DNA from: an uncultured Methanosarcinaceae archaeon
GTDB taxonomy: Archaea; Halobacteriota; Methanosarcinia; Methanosarcinales; Methanosarcinaceae
Assembly: GCA_963833425.1 (NCBI GenBank)
Contig: CAWHXP010000003.1
Location: forward strand, 512,001-576,000
Length of the DNA stretch: 64,000 nt
Direction: 5' to 3'
A program made the position numbers and the translations under genes. Of this stretch, positions 1-10,372 are shown one piece after another; the first letter of the stretch is position 1, and every line of letters starts with the position of its first letter. Below the pieces are notes generated by a model, which saw nothing but the letters and a program-made list of their open reading frames with translations, was not told the origin of the DNA and did not search any database.

Positions 1-2789
1 CAGGCAGTGATGTGGCCCTCCAAATTCTGCAAAGTTATAGCATCACTAGAGTCATGTACTACTATGGCCAGGCGATGCATAGACTCAAAATTCTTCATAA
101 TCTCATCTGCCAGTTTTATCTTGGTGATATTAGTAAAAGTGATCACAGCTCCCATGATCACGTTTTCAAGAGTGCGATAGGGCCGGATGCGCAGCAGGTA
201 ACATGAGCCATTTTGTGTTTGGGCTTCAGTCTCTCTGGGCATTAGATTGACCAGAACATCATTTACGTCCTCTATTAGATGATCATAACCAACAAAATTT
301 GAGACAATGTGCCCAAGAGGCCGTCCAATATCTGTCTGGATCAGATTGACCAACTTTGCGGCTTGAGGAGTAAAGCGAAGTATACGCAATTGAAAGTCTA
401 CAAAGATAGTGCCTATACCTGTTCCGGCCAGCAGATTGTTCATATCGTTAATGGCCTGTGACAGATCTACTATCTTGTTTTGCAGTTCAGTATTGACCGT
501 AGCCAATTCTTCGTTAACTGACTGTAATTCCTCCTTAGAGGTCTCTAGTTCTTCGTTGGTAGATTGTAGTTCCTCGTTGATTGACTGCATCTCTTCGTTG
601 GAGGATTTGAGTTCTTCGTTGGAGGTCTCAAGTTCTTCATTGGAAGCTTTGAGGCTTTCTTCCTTTATCTGCAGCTTCCTTTTCAGCTCTAAGATATTTG
701 CACCATTGGTAATTGCGCTATCAAAGGTGCCTTCACCGGCACCTATCGAGATGATATTACCTTTTTGATTCCTTTCCCACTCCGTCATTTCCTCAAATGT
801 GACCAAGAACAGTTTTGGTCCAGCTGCTGCGTCAGGATCTGCAGCCACAGGTCGTACTACCATATTGACTGTGGTGAAGTCACCATTTGTTTTAACCCGC
901 AACCCTGGATGAAATACTGGCTCTTTGTGGACCACAGCTTCATGCAAGTCCGTGATCAACTCCGACTTCAATCCCTCTCGAGCCATCTTCAGGATATTCA
1001 GGTCAACCTCCCCGGAAGCTAATTCCAGGTACATGCCAGTGCGGCCATGAAGATAGAAGATATCGCCGTATTGATTGACGAGCACACCTACTGGGGTGTT
1101 ATATTGTAGCATAGTCTGTTCGATCAGCTCACGAAATTTAAATTTGTTTTCAATAGGAACTTCGATGGGCAATTTTGAGATTCCTCTACTTTGCAGTTGT
1201 AGTGGAATAAATGTCCCGACAGGAAGGAGTTCATTGCTAGCATTTTTTTTGCGATACAGCTTCGATTTGCGGTCCACAACCTCAAACAGATTTTCGAAAT
1301 CACCCACTGTTTCGGAGGAACCGAGGAAGAGAAATCCACCTGGCTTTAAAGCATAATAGAAAAGGGGAATGAGCTTCTTCTGCAGTTCCTTGTTCAGATA
1401 GATCATCACGTTTCGACAACTTAGCAGATCAAGTTTTGAGAACGGTGGATCTTTGATAATGTCCTGCTCAGAAAAAATTATCATTTCACGGATAGTTTTC
1501 TTAATGCGGTAATTATTCTCTGATTCCTTGGTAAAGAAGCGAGCAAGTATTTCCGATGGGACATCAGCGAAGATGTTAGAGGAATAAACACCGTTTCGGG
1601 CCACTTCAATAGCTCGGCTGTCAATATCGGTTGCGAAAATTTGTACCTTGAAAATTTGCTTCAAAGTGTCCATTTGCTCTTGAAATAGGATGGCAATGGA
1701 ATATGCCTCCTCACCCGTAGAGCAGCCTGGTACCCAGATTCGTATCACTGAATCTGAGTTCTTACCGGTAAATAGATGGGGAAAGATTTTGTCCTGGAGC
1801 GTCTCAAACGCCGTGGGCTCGCGGAAGAAACTAGTGATACCAATTAGGAATTCATGAAATAGCACTTCCATCTCTGCAGGATTTTGCTCTAAATATTGCA
1901 CATACTCAGCCACATTTGTGAAATTCTTGACGACCATGCGCCGCTCGATTCGGCGTTTGACAGTACTCTCCTTGTAATTGGAAAAGTCGTGACCGAGGTT
2001 GGTGTTCAACAAGTTGAATATCTTTGTCATCACATCTTCGTTCTTGGGGACAATGATGATTCTTTTTCCAAATGCTTTGTTGGCATAGGCAATGAGCTGG
2101 GCTGGCATCTTGGCCGGTGGCAGGATGTAATCTGCTAGACCTGTGGCTATTGCGCTGCGTGGCATGCCGTCGTACTCGCTGGATTCAGGACTCTGTACTA
2201 TCATCATGCCACCTCCGGCCTTGATAGCTCTCATCCCCAATGTGCCGTCGCTGCCAGTACCTGAGAGTATAATGCCTAGGGCCTTATCTGTCTGATCCTG
2301 AGCCAGAGATTTGAAGAACGAATCAATAGGTAGGCGAAAACCATGCATTTCGATCGGTTTCTTCAAAAATAGCATTCCATCCTCAAAAATCATATCATAG
2401 CTAGGTGGGATTACGTAGATCCTATCAGGTTGGACAATCAGCCCGTCCGTGACTTCGTAAACCGGCAGCTGTGTATAGCGTCCAATAAGGTCAGTGAGAA
2501 TGCTCTTGTGGTTAGGGTCTAGATGCTGCACCACGACAAAGGCCATTCCTAGATAGGAGTTAGTGGGCAAGGCTGAAAAAAAAGCTTCGAATGCAACTAG
2601 CCCACCAGCCGATGCACCTATGCCCACAATGAAAAAATTATGTTTTGGGTATTTATTTGAGTTTGCATCTGAATCCGGAAGTTCACTTACGAGAGTCTCT
2701 TCTGTAGTATGCAAATGCTTCTCTTCTGAATTTTCCATTTTATCCATGTTTTTATTTTTCTTTTTGACTATATGGTCACATCCTTTCAT
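1..2789 (-). CDS. CheB/CheR fusion (methylesterase-methyltransferase) with coiled coil and PAS region; 3' end runs off the window
   Basis: Manual minus-strand translation from ATG 2789 gives CheB motifs GIGASAGG, VVQHLDP and ILSGTGSDG, CheR motif WVPGCSTGEEAYSIA, and coiled coil EELETSNEELKSSNEEMQSINEELQSTNEELET. Absent from the ORF track, presumably because no stop lies inside the window. Confidence 0.88.
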   Translation of the reverse strand, partial: MKGCDHIVKKKNKNMDKMENSEEKHLHTTEETLVSELPDSDANSNKYPKHNFFIVGIGASAGGLVAFEAFFSALPTNSYLGMAFVVVQHLDPNHKSILTDLIGRYTQLPVYEVTDGLIVQPDRIYVIPPSYDMIFEDGMLFLKKPIEMHGFRLPIDSFFKSLAQDQTDKALGIILSGTGSDGTLGMRAIKAGGGMMIVQSPESSEYDGMPRSAIATGLADYILPPAKMPAQLIAYANKAFGKRIIIVPKNEDVMTKIFNLLNTNLGHDFSNYKESTVKRRIERRMVVKNFTNVAEYVQYLEQNPAEMEVLFHEFLIGITSFFREPTAFETLQDKIFPHLFTGKNSDSVIRIWVPGCSTGEEAYSIAILFQEQMDTLKQIFKVQIFATDIDSRAIEVARNGVYSSNIFADVPSEILARFFTKESENNYRIKKTIREMIIFSEQDIIKDPPFSKLDLLSCRNVMIYLNKELQKKLIPLFYYALKPGGFLFLGSSETVGDFENLFEVVDRKSKLYRKKNASNELLPVGTFIPLQLQSRGISKLPIEVPIENKFKFRELIEQTMLQYNTPVGVLVNQYGDIFYLHGRTGMYLELASGEVDLNILKMAREGLKSELITDLHEAVVHKEPVFHPGLRVKTNGDFTTVNMVVRPVAADPDAAAGPKLFLVTFEEMTEWERNQKGNIISIGAGEGTFDSAITNGANILELKRKLQIKEESLKASNEELETSNEELKSSNEEMQSINEELQSTNEELETSKEELQSVNEELATVNTELQNKIVDLSQAINDMNNLLAGTGIGTIFVDFQLRILRFTPQAAKLVNLIQTDIGRPLGHIVSNFVGYDHLIEDVNDVLVNLMPRETEAQTQNGSCYLLRIRPYRTLENVIMGAVITFTNITKIKLADEIMKNFESMHRLAIVVHDSSDAITLQNLEGHITA

Positions 2790-3062
2790 GTCTACTTGAA
2801 TCGTTTAATTCCTTTGGTACTAGAAATATATTTCAAATAATTATAAGAAACTACTGTTTTTCAAGATATTGTTAACACTTATGATATTTTCTAAAAACAA
2901 TGATAGTACACCATTAATGTTGAAGTCTTAATTATTAAGTTCTCATTGTAATAAATACTACATTTTTATTCATTGTAGCATGTCTGCCTGTGTCTTACAG
3001 AAAGCAGAATAAAAAAGGCTTTGATAAGGAAAATTCTGCCGTAAATATTTCAATTTTTATTT

Positions 3063-3087
3063 ATTCTATTCTATTCTATTCTATTCC
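3063..3087. repeat. Short (ATTCT)n tandem repeat
   Basis: Five ATTCT-type units read directly. Confidence 0.8.
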
Positions 3088-3324
3088 TGTTTTATGTTGT
3101 AAACACTAAGTCTACCCTTTCGTATCTCAACAAAGACCCAGCTTTTCTGTGATGTTCTCCTTGATTGACTAAGCAACCCGTGATCTGCAAGCAAGTATAC
3201 ACCACCTTTACCACTCCATCATCAACACTTATTTTAAGGATAAGGCTCATGCGAATAATTTCAAGGCCTTTTAGTTCATAAAGTGCTTGATCATGCTCCG
3301 GATAACTTCTTTGGTTATTTAATT

Positions 3325-3923
3325 CGAATGCCCCGCAGCTTGCTCCGGGGATGGAAACTTCCCCGGTAACCGTGGTAAATAACTGATTTATATTTTTAAT
3401 CACCTTTTGTCGTAGATGGAATTAAGACATGCAAACCAATGTGTCTATAATATCAGATATCACATTGTTTTTTTGTATGAAATACCGTAAAAACCTTTTA
3501 AATTATGACGCAGTTAATTTTTTAAAAAATGTATTCTCTGAGGTTGATGAAAGATACTCTTTTGAATTTGATGCAATTGGCTGCGACGGTAACCACGTAC
3601 ACCTTTTTGTTGGAGCTGAGCCAAAGTTTTCATCCTCAAGAGTGATGACATTATTAAAAGCTAACTGCTAGAAAAATCTTCAAAAAATATCCTGAAATTA
3701 AAAAACAGCTTTGGGATAGAGAACTATGGATTAATAATGGATATATTGGAATAGTTAGAGACGGAACTACTTCCGATATTATAACAAATTATGTTCAGAA
3801 GCCAGGAGATCAGGAAGAAAAGCAAGCAATAGGCAAATGAAAATAATTGATTTTCAGTAAAAAACTACATCAAGAACGCTGGCGCGAACATACCCAGTTG
3901 CTTGCAGCGGGGTGAATCAGCGC
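3325..3923 (+). mobile_element. IS200/IS605-family element (tnpA only, decayed)
   Basis: Subterminal hairpins CCCCGCAGCTTGCTCCGGGG (3331-3350) and ACCCAGTTGCTTGCAGCGGGGT (3892-3913) flank a tnpA pseudogene. Confidence 0.8.
3416..3860 (+). pseudogene. tnpA: IS200/IS605 Y1 transposase, frameshifted
   Basis: MELRHANQCVYNIRYHIVF/CMKYRK, then HUH motif DGNHVHLF, then LWDRELW..GY; spread over several frames. Confidence 0.85.
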
Positions 3924-4413
3924 AATTTTAATTATTTTACATAACTTTTATGACAATGCTGAAAAATTCGATGTTGTTGGATGTAATCAACAAGTGATTT
4001 TTGGGATTTTAGTCATGATTTATTGATAAAGCATCTACCTGTTATAATTAGAAATACACCAGATATGAAGGCCTAATACGCATTAAAATACAGGTAAAGT
4101 AGATTCACAATCCATTGTAATAATTGAATTGAATAATATGTTTTAGACATCAAGAGTTTTTTCAAAAGACCATAGGCAATTTTGAGCTTATATCAAACTT
4201 GTGCAAAAAAACATATCTAAAAAATGAAGTTCATTCTATTCTTCCCTGTTAAATGTTACAAATTAAAGGACTTTGTAATATTAAGTTGGATTTTAGATAA
4301 TTATCGGTTTAATGCTGTTGATTTTTCATTCAAAGACGCAAATTCTAATAAAAATAAAAACTAAATACCTGAACAAATAGGTACGATTTTAAAAGATAAA
4401 TGGAGGTTATGTC

Positions 4414-5937
4414 ATTCTTGAAAATATAGACCTATTGCTGTCAGTAAATAACGATGAGTATAAAGAAAGTATGAAAATACTTGAGGATAAGCTCGGTGAG
4501 CTCCAACGTGAGGCTTGGAAATTGAATATCCCCATTATTTTTGTGTTCGAAGGCTGGCACACATCGGGTATGGGAGAGGACATCAACCGTTTCATATTGC
4601 CTTTGGACCCGAGGGGATACGATTTTCACACAATGACTTTTGACTGCCACGAAGATGCGCTCAAACCTTTCCTTCTACACTTTTGGAATCTTACCTCGGT
4701 AAGAGGTAAAATTGCAATCTTTGATCGGAGCTGGTATAGCAGGACAATCATAAAACATTTCAGGAAAACAAAATCCAAAGAAAAACATGATAAATGCTTG
4801 GAAAAAATAAATTGTTTCGAACGCCAGCTTTCAGATGATGGATACCTTATACTAAAGTTTTTCCTCCATATAAGTGAAAAAGAGCAAGAAAATCGTTTCC
4901 AAGAAATCAAGAAAAAAGGTACCCCCCTACTACTTTATGAATACGAACAGAAAAAAGAAACGGATAATGGAAAGGAACTGGATTTCATTCATGAATATGA
5001 TGAGTACCTTCCAATTATAGAAAAAGTGCTTGAAAAAACAGACATGCCGTATGCCCCATGGACTATAGTGGGGGCAAATGACAGAAACTTTTCAACCCTC
5101 AAGATTATAACTACTGCAATTCAGACCATAGAAACTCATATTGAGCATATGACCCGTACTCCAGGACAGCATATAATTAAATCTCTGGATAGAGAAATAT
5201 CACAGCTCTCCGAACTTAGTATCTCTGTCTTGGATAAAGTCAATCTGTCAAAAACTATCTCCTCTCAGGAATACAAAGAATCCAAAAAGCTTTACCAGCA
5301 GAAGCTTGAAACCTTACAGTACGAACTTTTCAGGAAAAAGCGTTCCATAGTTATAATATTTGAAGGCTGGGACGCAGCCGGCAAGGGGGGAGACATCCAC
5401 CGACTGGTTAAAGTGCTGAACTCCAGGATCTACAGAGTGGTACCCGTGGGTCCACCAAATGATAATGAAAAAGCTCATCATTACCTATGGCGATTCTGTG
5501 AAGGAATCCCTAAAACAGGGCACATAACAATTTTCGATAGGAGCTGGTATGGCAGGATTCTGGTAGAAAGAGTAGAGCTGATTTGCAGTGAAGAAGAATG
5601 GAAACGCGCTTATAGGGAAATAAACGAATTTGAAAATATTATTACAGGAACCGGAGCGATTATTCTCAAATTCTGGCTTCAAGTCGATAAGGATACTCAG
5701 TTAGAACGTTTCAAAAGTAGGCAGAATGATCCTGAAAAAAGATGGAAAATAACAGATGAAGACTGGCGAAATCGGAGCAAATGGGAAGAATATGCAATTG
5801 CTGTTGACGAGATGCTTCAGAAAACAAGCACAATAAATGCTCAGTGGACTGTTGTAGAATCAAATGATAAGCGCTATTCCAGAATAAAAATCCTTAAAAC
5901 AGTTATTGAAACACTTGAGAAAGAACTGAGAATATGA
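4414..5937 (+). CDS. pap: Polyphosphate:AMP phosphotransferase (two-domain PPK2, class II)
   Basis: Two PPK2 domains: FEGWHTSGMG..FDRSWY and FEGWDAAGKGG..FDRSWYGR. Start is uncertain (ATT 4414 after GGAGGT, or TTG 4435). Confidence 0.88.
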   Translation: MLENIDLLLSVNNDEYKESMKILEDKLGELQREAWKLNIPIIFVFEGWHTSGMGEDINRFILPLDPRGYDFHTMTFDCHEDALKPFLLHFWNLTSVRGKIAIFDRSWYSRTIIKHFRKTKSKEKHDKCLEKINCFERQLSDDGYLILKFFLHISEKEQENRFQEIKKKGTPLLLYEYEQKKETDNGKELDFIHEYDEYLPIIEKVLEKTDMPYAPWTIVGANDRNFSTLKIITTAIQTIETHIEHMTRTPGQHIIKSLDREISQLSELSISVLDKVNLSKTISSQEYKESKKLYQQKLETLQYELFRKKRSIVIIFEGWDAAGKGGDIHRLVKVLNSRIYRVVPVGPPNDNEKAHHYLWRFCEGIPKTGHITIFDRSWYGRILVERVELICSEEEWKRAYREINEFENIITGTGAIILKFWLQVDKDTQLERFKSRQNDPEKRWKITDEDWRNRSKWEEYAIAVDEMLQKTSTINAQWTVVESNDKRYSRIKILKTVIETLEKELRI

Positions 5938-6710
5938 TATTCAAATGAGTTCTCATTGGTCATCGATTAAGGAATTTTCTTGTATGAAGACTATTGATTT
6001 TGTTGCAAAAATTGGCTTCACAGTTAAGCCTTTTTATCTAAAATTAAACATTTCCCAGTAAACTGTTTATTTAAATTTGGGATATATGTCTTGAAAATGA
6101 ATATAATTTATCATGATTCCTCACTTAACCGAAGACTCATGAAATGTTTTTATATTCATATCTTCCGCATGGATTTTATAGCTTTATGGAATTTACATTC
6201 TGTTCATCATTCGATAATGGCAGTAAGTTCTTGAAAATAGCAAGCACAAAAATCTATCTATATTTTCCAAAAGATGGTGGACATAATCATTTTTTATATT
6301 TGTTCAACGACCATGGATATACCCACATATTTAATATTTTATATTTTAGTCATATGGTGTTGATGACAGCTCTTATCAGCCTTTATAAATCTATAACTTG
6401 ATCTAAGATTACAATGGATTGCTTTTTTAGGAAAAAGCTCAATGGTAAATTTCATACAATATTCGATATTCAGTAGTGCCCAATTAGCTAGTTGATATCT
6501 TCAGGATTAAGTTTCCAATTAGAAACGATCGCATTTTCATGTATTGGAGCATAATCTACTAAAACCACCAAATTGCAGAACACAAAATAGATGAGATGAC
6601 TCTCAACTCATTTGTCGAAATACCATTTAATAAAAGAGAAAATTCATCTCATTGTCTAAATAATAGATTTTCTAGAGAGTCGTGAATTAATTGAAATATC
6701 TATAGAAATC

Positions 6711-7747
6711 AGAGAATTTCAATGAACTTCCAATTTTCACGAGTTTTCCATATAGCATTATATAAGCGTCTGGAAAAGTTTAGGTGTTTATTGAAATTTT
6801 TTTTAGACTACAGAGAAAAACCGTTTCAGGAGGGATACCTGAAACTAATGTCATTGTGATATTCAAAATGCTTGTTTTACAACAATGGCATGGTCTCTCT
6901 GATTTTGAACTTGAGAAACAGTGTATAGATCGAATTTCTTTTAGGAAATTCCTTGGATTTCTGGAATACGTATCTGACAGTACTACTGTATGGCTATTTA
7001 GGGAGAGAATTATCGAGAATTTCAAAGAAAATATGGGGAAAGTTGCAAAGCCAACTTGCTGCTCTGGGTTTACAGATAAAGCAGGGAATGATTCAGGATG
7101 CTACTTTTATCCATTCAGATCCAGGACATGCAAAAGCAGAGAGATGAGGCAAAAACAAGAAGAAGCAGAGAAGGAACATGGACAAAGAAGGAAGATAAGT
7201 CTCACTTTGGATATAAGCTTCATAATATAATAGACAGAGATTATGAGCTAATCAGAAGATTCAAAACAACAACTGCGTCAGTACATGATTCGTATGTAGA
7301 TTTGACAGAGGAAAATGAAGTGGTTTATAGGGACAGAGGATACTTTGGAGCAAAAACGAAAGGGTATAATGCAACAATGAAAAGAGCAGTCAAAGGACAT
7401 ACGCTAGGAATAAAGGATTTATTAAGAAATAAGAGAATTAGCTCAAAAAGAGTCCCAGGGGAAAGAGTTTATTCGGTAACGAATGAAATTTTCAAAGCAG
7501 GAAGAGTTTTTGTTACTATTGTTAAAAGAGTAAATCTAAAAATGTTGTTTACGGCTTTTTGTTATAATCTCCATCAATTGAGGAAATTGAAAATAAAAAA
7601 AGTATATTGAAGATAGCGGAAGCTATCTTTAAAATCAAAGAATTGAGAATAAGTAAAGCCAAAAAGAGGAATTAAATAGAGAAATTTAGGGGAAAATCTG
7701 AGAAATTCCTGCTAAGAAATAAAATCCGAAATTTATCGAAATTCTCT
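6711..7747 (+). mobile_element. IS5-family insertion sequence with frameshifted transposase
   Basis: Terminal inverted repeats AGAGAATTTCAATGAACTTC (6711) and GAAATTTATCGAAATTCTCT (ending 7747). Transposase fragments KMLVLQQWHGLSDFELE, QDATFI, FGYKLH and YRDRGY lie in three frames. Confidence 0.88.
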
Positions 7748-7865
7748 AAAATACATTTTAAGTTAAAAACCGAAAAGTTGCTGTATTTCTCTCGAGAATA
7801 ATAAAAATAAATGAGAATTAAATTACCATTTAATATACAAATAGGATTTATTTGATCTATTTAGA

Positions 7866-8303
7866 TTAATTACCGTTACCTTCCCAAGCTGGATTAATTT
7901 TAATTTCTTTTTCATATGCTGCTTTTGCTTCATCGTATCTATTTGAATTCACCAGATCAACTCCTCTATTGGTCCAAGCGTCAAAATACTGCGGATCAAT
8001 TTCAATTGCTTTGTCATATGCTTTTATTGCTTCATCGTACTTGCCTAATTCATCTAGGACAATTCCTTTACCATTCCAAGCACTTGCATCCTGTGGGTTA
8101 ATTTTAATTGCTTTGTCATAGATGTTTATTGCATCCATGTACTTACCTGAGCTGGTTAGAACACTTCCTTCTCGGACCAAATCATTTGAAGATTGCGCTG
8201 CGACTGCGATATTCACTAGCATTAATAGCAACAGTGAAGCGAGTTCTAAAATCGTTATGATTGTACGCTTTCTATTTGCTCTTTCACATTTAGCTTCGTT
8301 CAT
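7866..8303 (-). CDS. Secreted TPR protein
   Basis: Hydrophobic signal-like N-terminus followed by about three TPR motifs (AWNGKG..EAIKAYDKAIEIDP). Confidence 0.8.
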   Translation of the reverse strand: MNEAKCERANRKRTIITILELASLLLLMLVNIAVAAQSSNDLVREGSVLTSSGKYMDAINIYDKAIKINPQDASAWNGKGIVLDELGKYDEAIKAYDKAIEIDPQYFDAWTNRGVDLVNSNRYDEAKAAYEKEIKINPAWEGNGN

Positions 8304-8815
8304 TTTCGATCTCTCGATGTTTGTTTAGATATAATACTTAAAGATAATTACAAAAACACAAATGAATAATACTTCGTTCTACAAAGTAAACTTTTCTACT
8401 CAAAAAATATATTTTTAATTAATTAAAATCATTTTCACTTTACTTTTGTTGTCAAACTTTTAGAATTTTTAATAATACCATCAGTACAACAATTTTTTAG
8501 CTGGCAAAATAGCTATTTGAAAAAAATCAGAAACCTTATACCCTTTTTGGTTTTAAATTGGTTGCAGTTAATTGCTAGTAAATTAATGGTAAATTTTGGC
8601 AATAGCAGAAGTACAAAAAACCAAAATAATGAAAGTACTTTTGATTAGCTAACTGTTGATTCAGCATCCTTTTTATGAAGTGAATGAAAAGAATACAGAA
8701 TAAGTTAGACTTTACAGAATTTCCGGTACAGTATCATAAAAAATAAATGAAAGTTAAATAACTATTGACCTACAAATTGGATTTATTTAATTTATTAAAG
8801 CATTCTTTTATTGTC

Positions 8816-10372
8816 CTAAGCATCTGAATTCCCCGGGCTAATCTCAATTGCTTTGTCGTAGGCCTTTATCGCTTCATCGGATTTATTTAATTCATCTAGA
8901 AGAAGTCCTTTGCCTGTCCAAGCATCTGAATCTTTTGGGTTAATTTCAATTGCTTTGTCAAATGCTTTCATTGCTGTATCTGATTTATTTAATTTATATA
9001 GAGCAAATCCTTTATTTTTCCAAAAATCTGAATCTTTTGGGTTAATTTCAATTGCTTTGTCCAGCGCTTTTAGGCCTTCATCGAATTTACCTAATTTGCA
9101 AAGAATGTTACCTTTATTGTACCAAGCTATTGAATACTGTGGGTTAATTTCAATTGCTCTGTCATATGCTGCTATTGCTTCATCAGATTTACTTAGGTCA
9201 GATAGAGCATTTCCTTTGTTGTTCCAAGTCACTGAATCCTGTGGGTTAATTTCAATAGCTTTGTCATATGCTTTTATTGCTTCATCGAATTTATTGAATT
9301 TACAAAGAGCAAAACCTTTATTGTTCCAAGCCATTGAATTCTGCGGGTTAATTTCAATTGCTTTGTCATATGCTTTTATTGCTTCATCTGATTTACTTAG
9401 GTCAGATAGAACATTTCCTTTATTGTACCAAGCCATTGAATTTTGGGGATTAATTTCAATTGCTTTATCAAATGCTTTTATCGCTTCATTGGATTTATTT
9501 AATTTATGCAGAGCATAGCCTTTGCAGTTCCAAGTTTCTGAATCGTGCGGGTTAATTTCAAGTGCTCTGTCAAATGCATTTAATGCTTCATCGGATTTAT
9601 TTAAGTTATCTAGAGATTTTCCTTTATTGTACCAAGCCACCGAATTTTGGGGATTAATTTCAATTGCTTTTTCATAAGCTTTTATCGCTTCATCGAATTT
9701 ATTAAGTTTATTTAAAGCATTTCCTTTATTGGCCCATGTATTTGAAAGAGGGTTAATTTCAATCGCTTTGTCATATGTTTTGCTTGCTTCATCAAATTTA
9801 TTTAATTTATATAGCGCAATTCCTTTATTATACAAAGCATCTGGATCCTGTGGGTTAATTTCAATTGCTTTGTCCAGCGCTTTTAGGCCTTCATCGAATT
9901 TACCTAATTTGCAAAGAATGTTACCTTTATTGTACCAAGCTATTGAATACTGTGGGTTAATTTCAATTGCTCTGTCATATGCTGCTATTGCTTCATCAGA
10001 TTTACTTAGGTCAGATAGAGCATTTCCTTTGTTGTTCCAAGTCACTGAATCCTGTGGGTTAATTTCAATAGCTTTGTCATATGCTTTTATTGCTTCATCG
10101 AATTTATTGAATTTACAAAGAGCAAAACCTTTATTGTTCCAAGCCATTGAATTCTGCGGGTTAATTTCAATTGCTTTGTCATATGCTTTTATTGCTTCAT
10201 CGGATTTATTTAGATCAGAAAGAGCGTTTCCGTTATTGATCCAAGTCAATGAATCATGCGGGTTTTCTGATATAGCAGCAGCACTTCCTAATGTGAAAAT
10301 GGGTATTCTAAAACTTGTCGATGTAAATTGACTACGGGTAATTTTCGTCATCCTTTTCTCCATATGTTCCAA
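8816..10372 (-). CDS. TPR-repeat protein (~14 repeats)
   Basis: 34-aa repeats of the form W.NKG.AL..L.K.DEAIKAYDKAIEINP. Confidence 0.9.
   Translation of the reverse strand: MEHMEKRMTKITRSQFTSTSFRIPIFTLGSAAAISENPHDSLTWINNGNALSDLNKSDEAIKAYDKAIEINPQNSMAWNNKGFALCKFNKFDEAIKAYDKAIEINPQDSVTWNNKGNALSDLSKSDEAIAAYDRAIEINPQYSIAWYNKGNILCKLGKFDEGLKALDKAIEINPQDPDALYNKGIALYKLNKFDEASKTYDKAIEINPLSNTWANKGNALNKLNKFDEAIKAYEKAIEINPQNSVAWYNKGKSLDNLNKSDEALNAFDRALEINPHDSETWNCKGYALHKLNKSNEAIKAFDKAIEINPQNSMAWYNKGNVLSDLSKSDEAIKAYDKAIEINPQNSMAWNNKGFALCKFNKFDEAIKAYDKAIEINPQDSVTWNNKGNALSDLSKSDEAIAAYDRAIEINPQYSIAWYNKGNILCKLGKFDEGLKALDKAIEINPKDSDFWKNKGFALYKLNKSDTAMKAFDKAIEINPKDSDAWTGKGLLLDELNKSDEAIKAYDKAIEISPGNSDA
9038..10201. 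repeat. Internal near-exact duplication of ~350 bp (9038-9388 = 9851-10201)
   Basis: Identical nucleotide blocks offset by 813 bp inside the TPR gene. Confidence 0.85.

Noticed and set aside
3092..3403. 103-aa minus-strand ORF
   Set aside because: It runs across the IS200 left hairpin and has no recognisable motif; possibly a mobile-element relic.
8910..10331. 200-aa plus-strand ORFs over the TPR gene, and similar antisense ORFs over cheBR, the helicase and the pentapeptide gene
   Set aside because: They are shadow frames of repetitive or codon-biased genes on the opposite strand.
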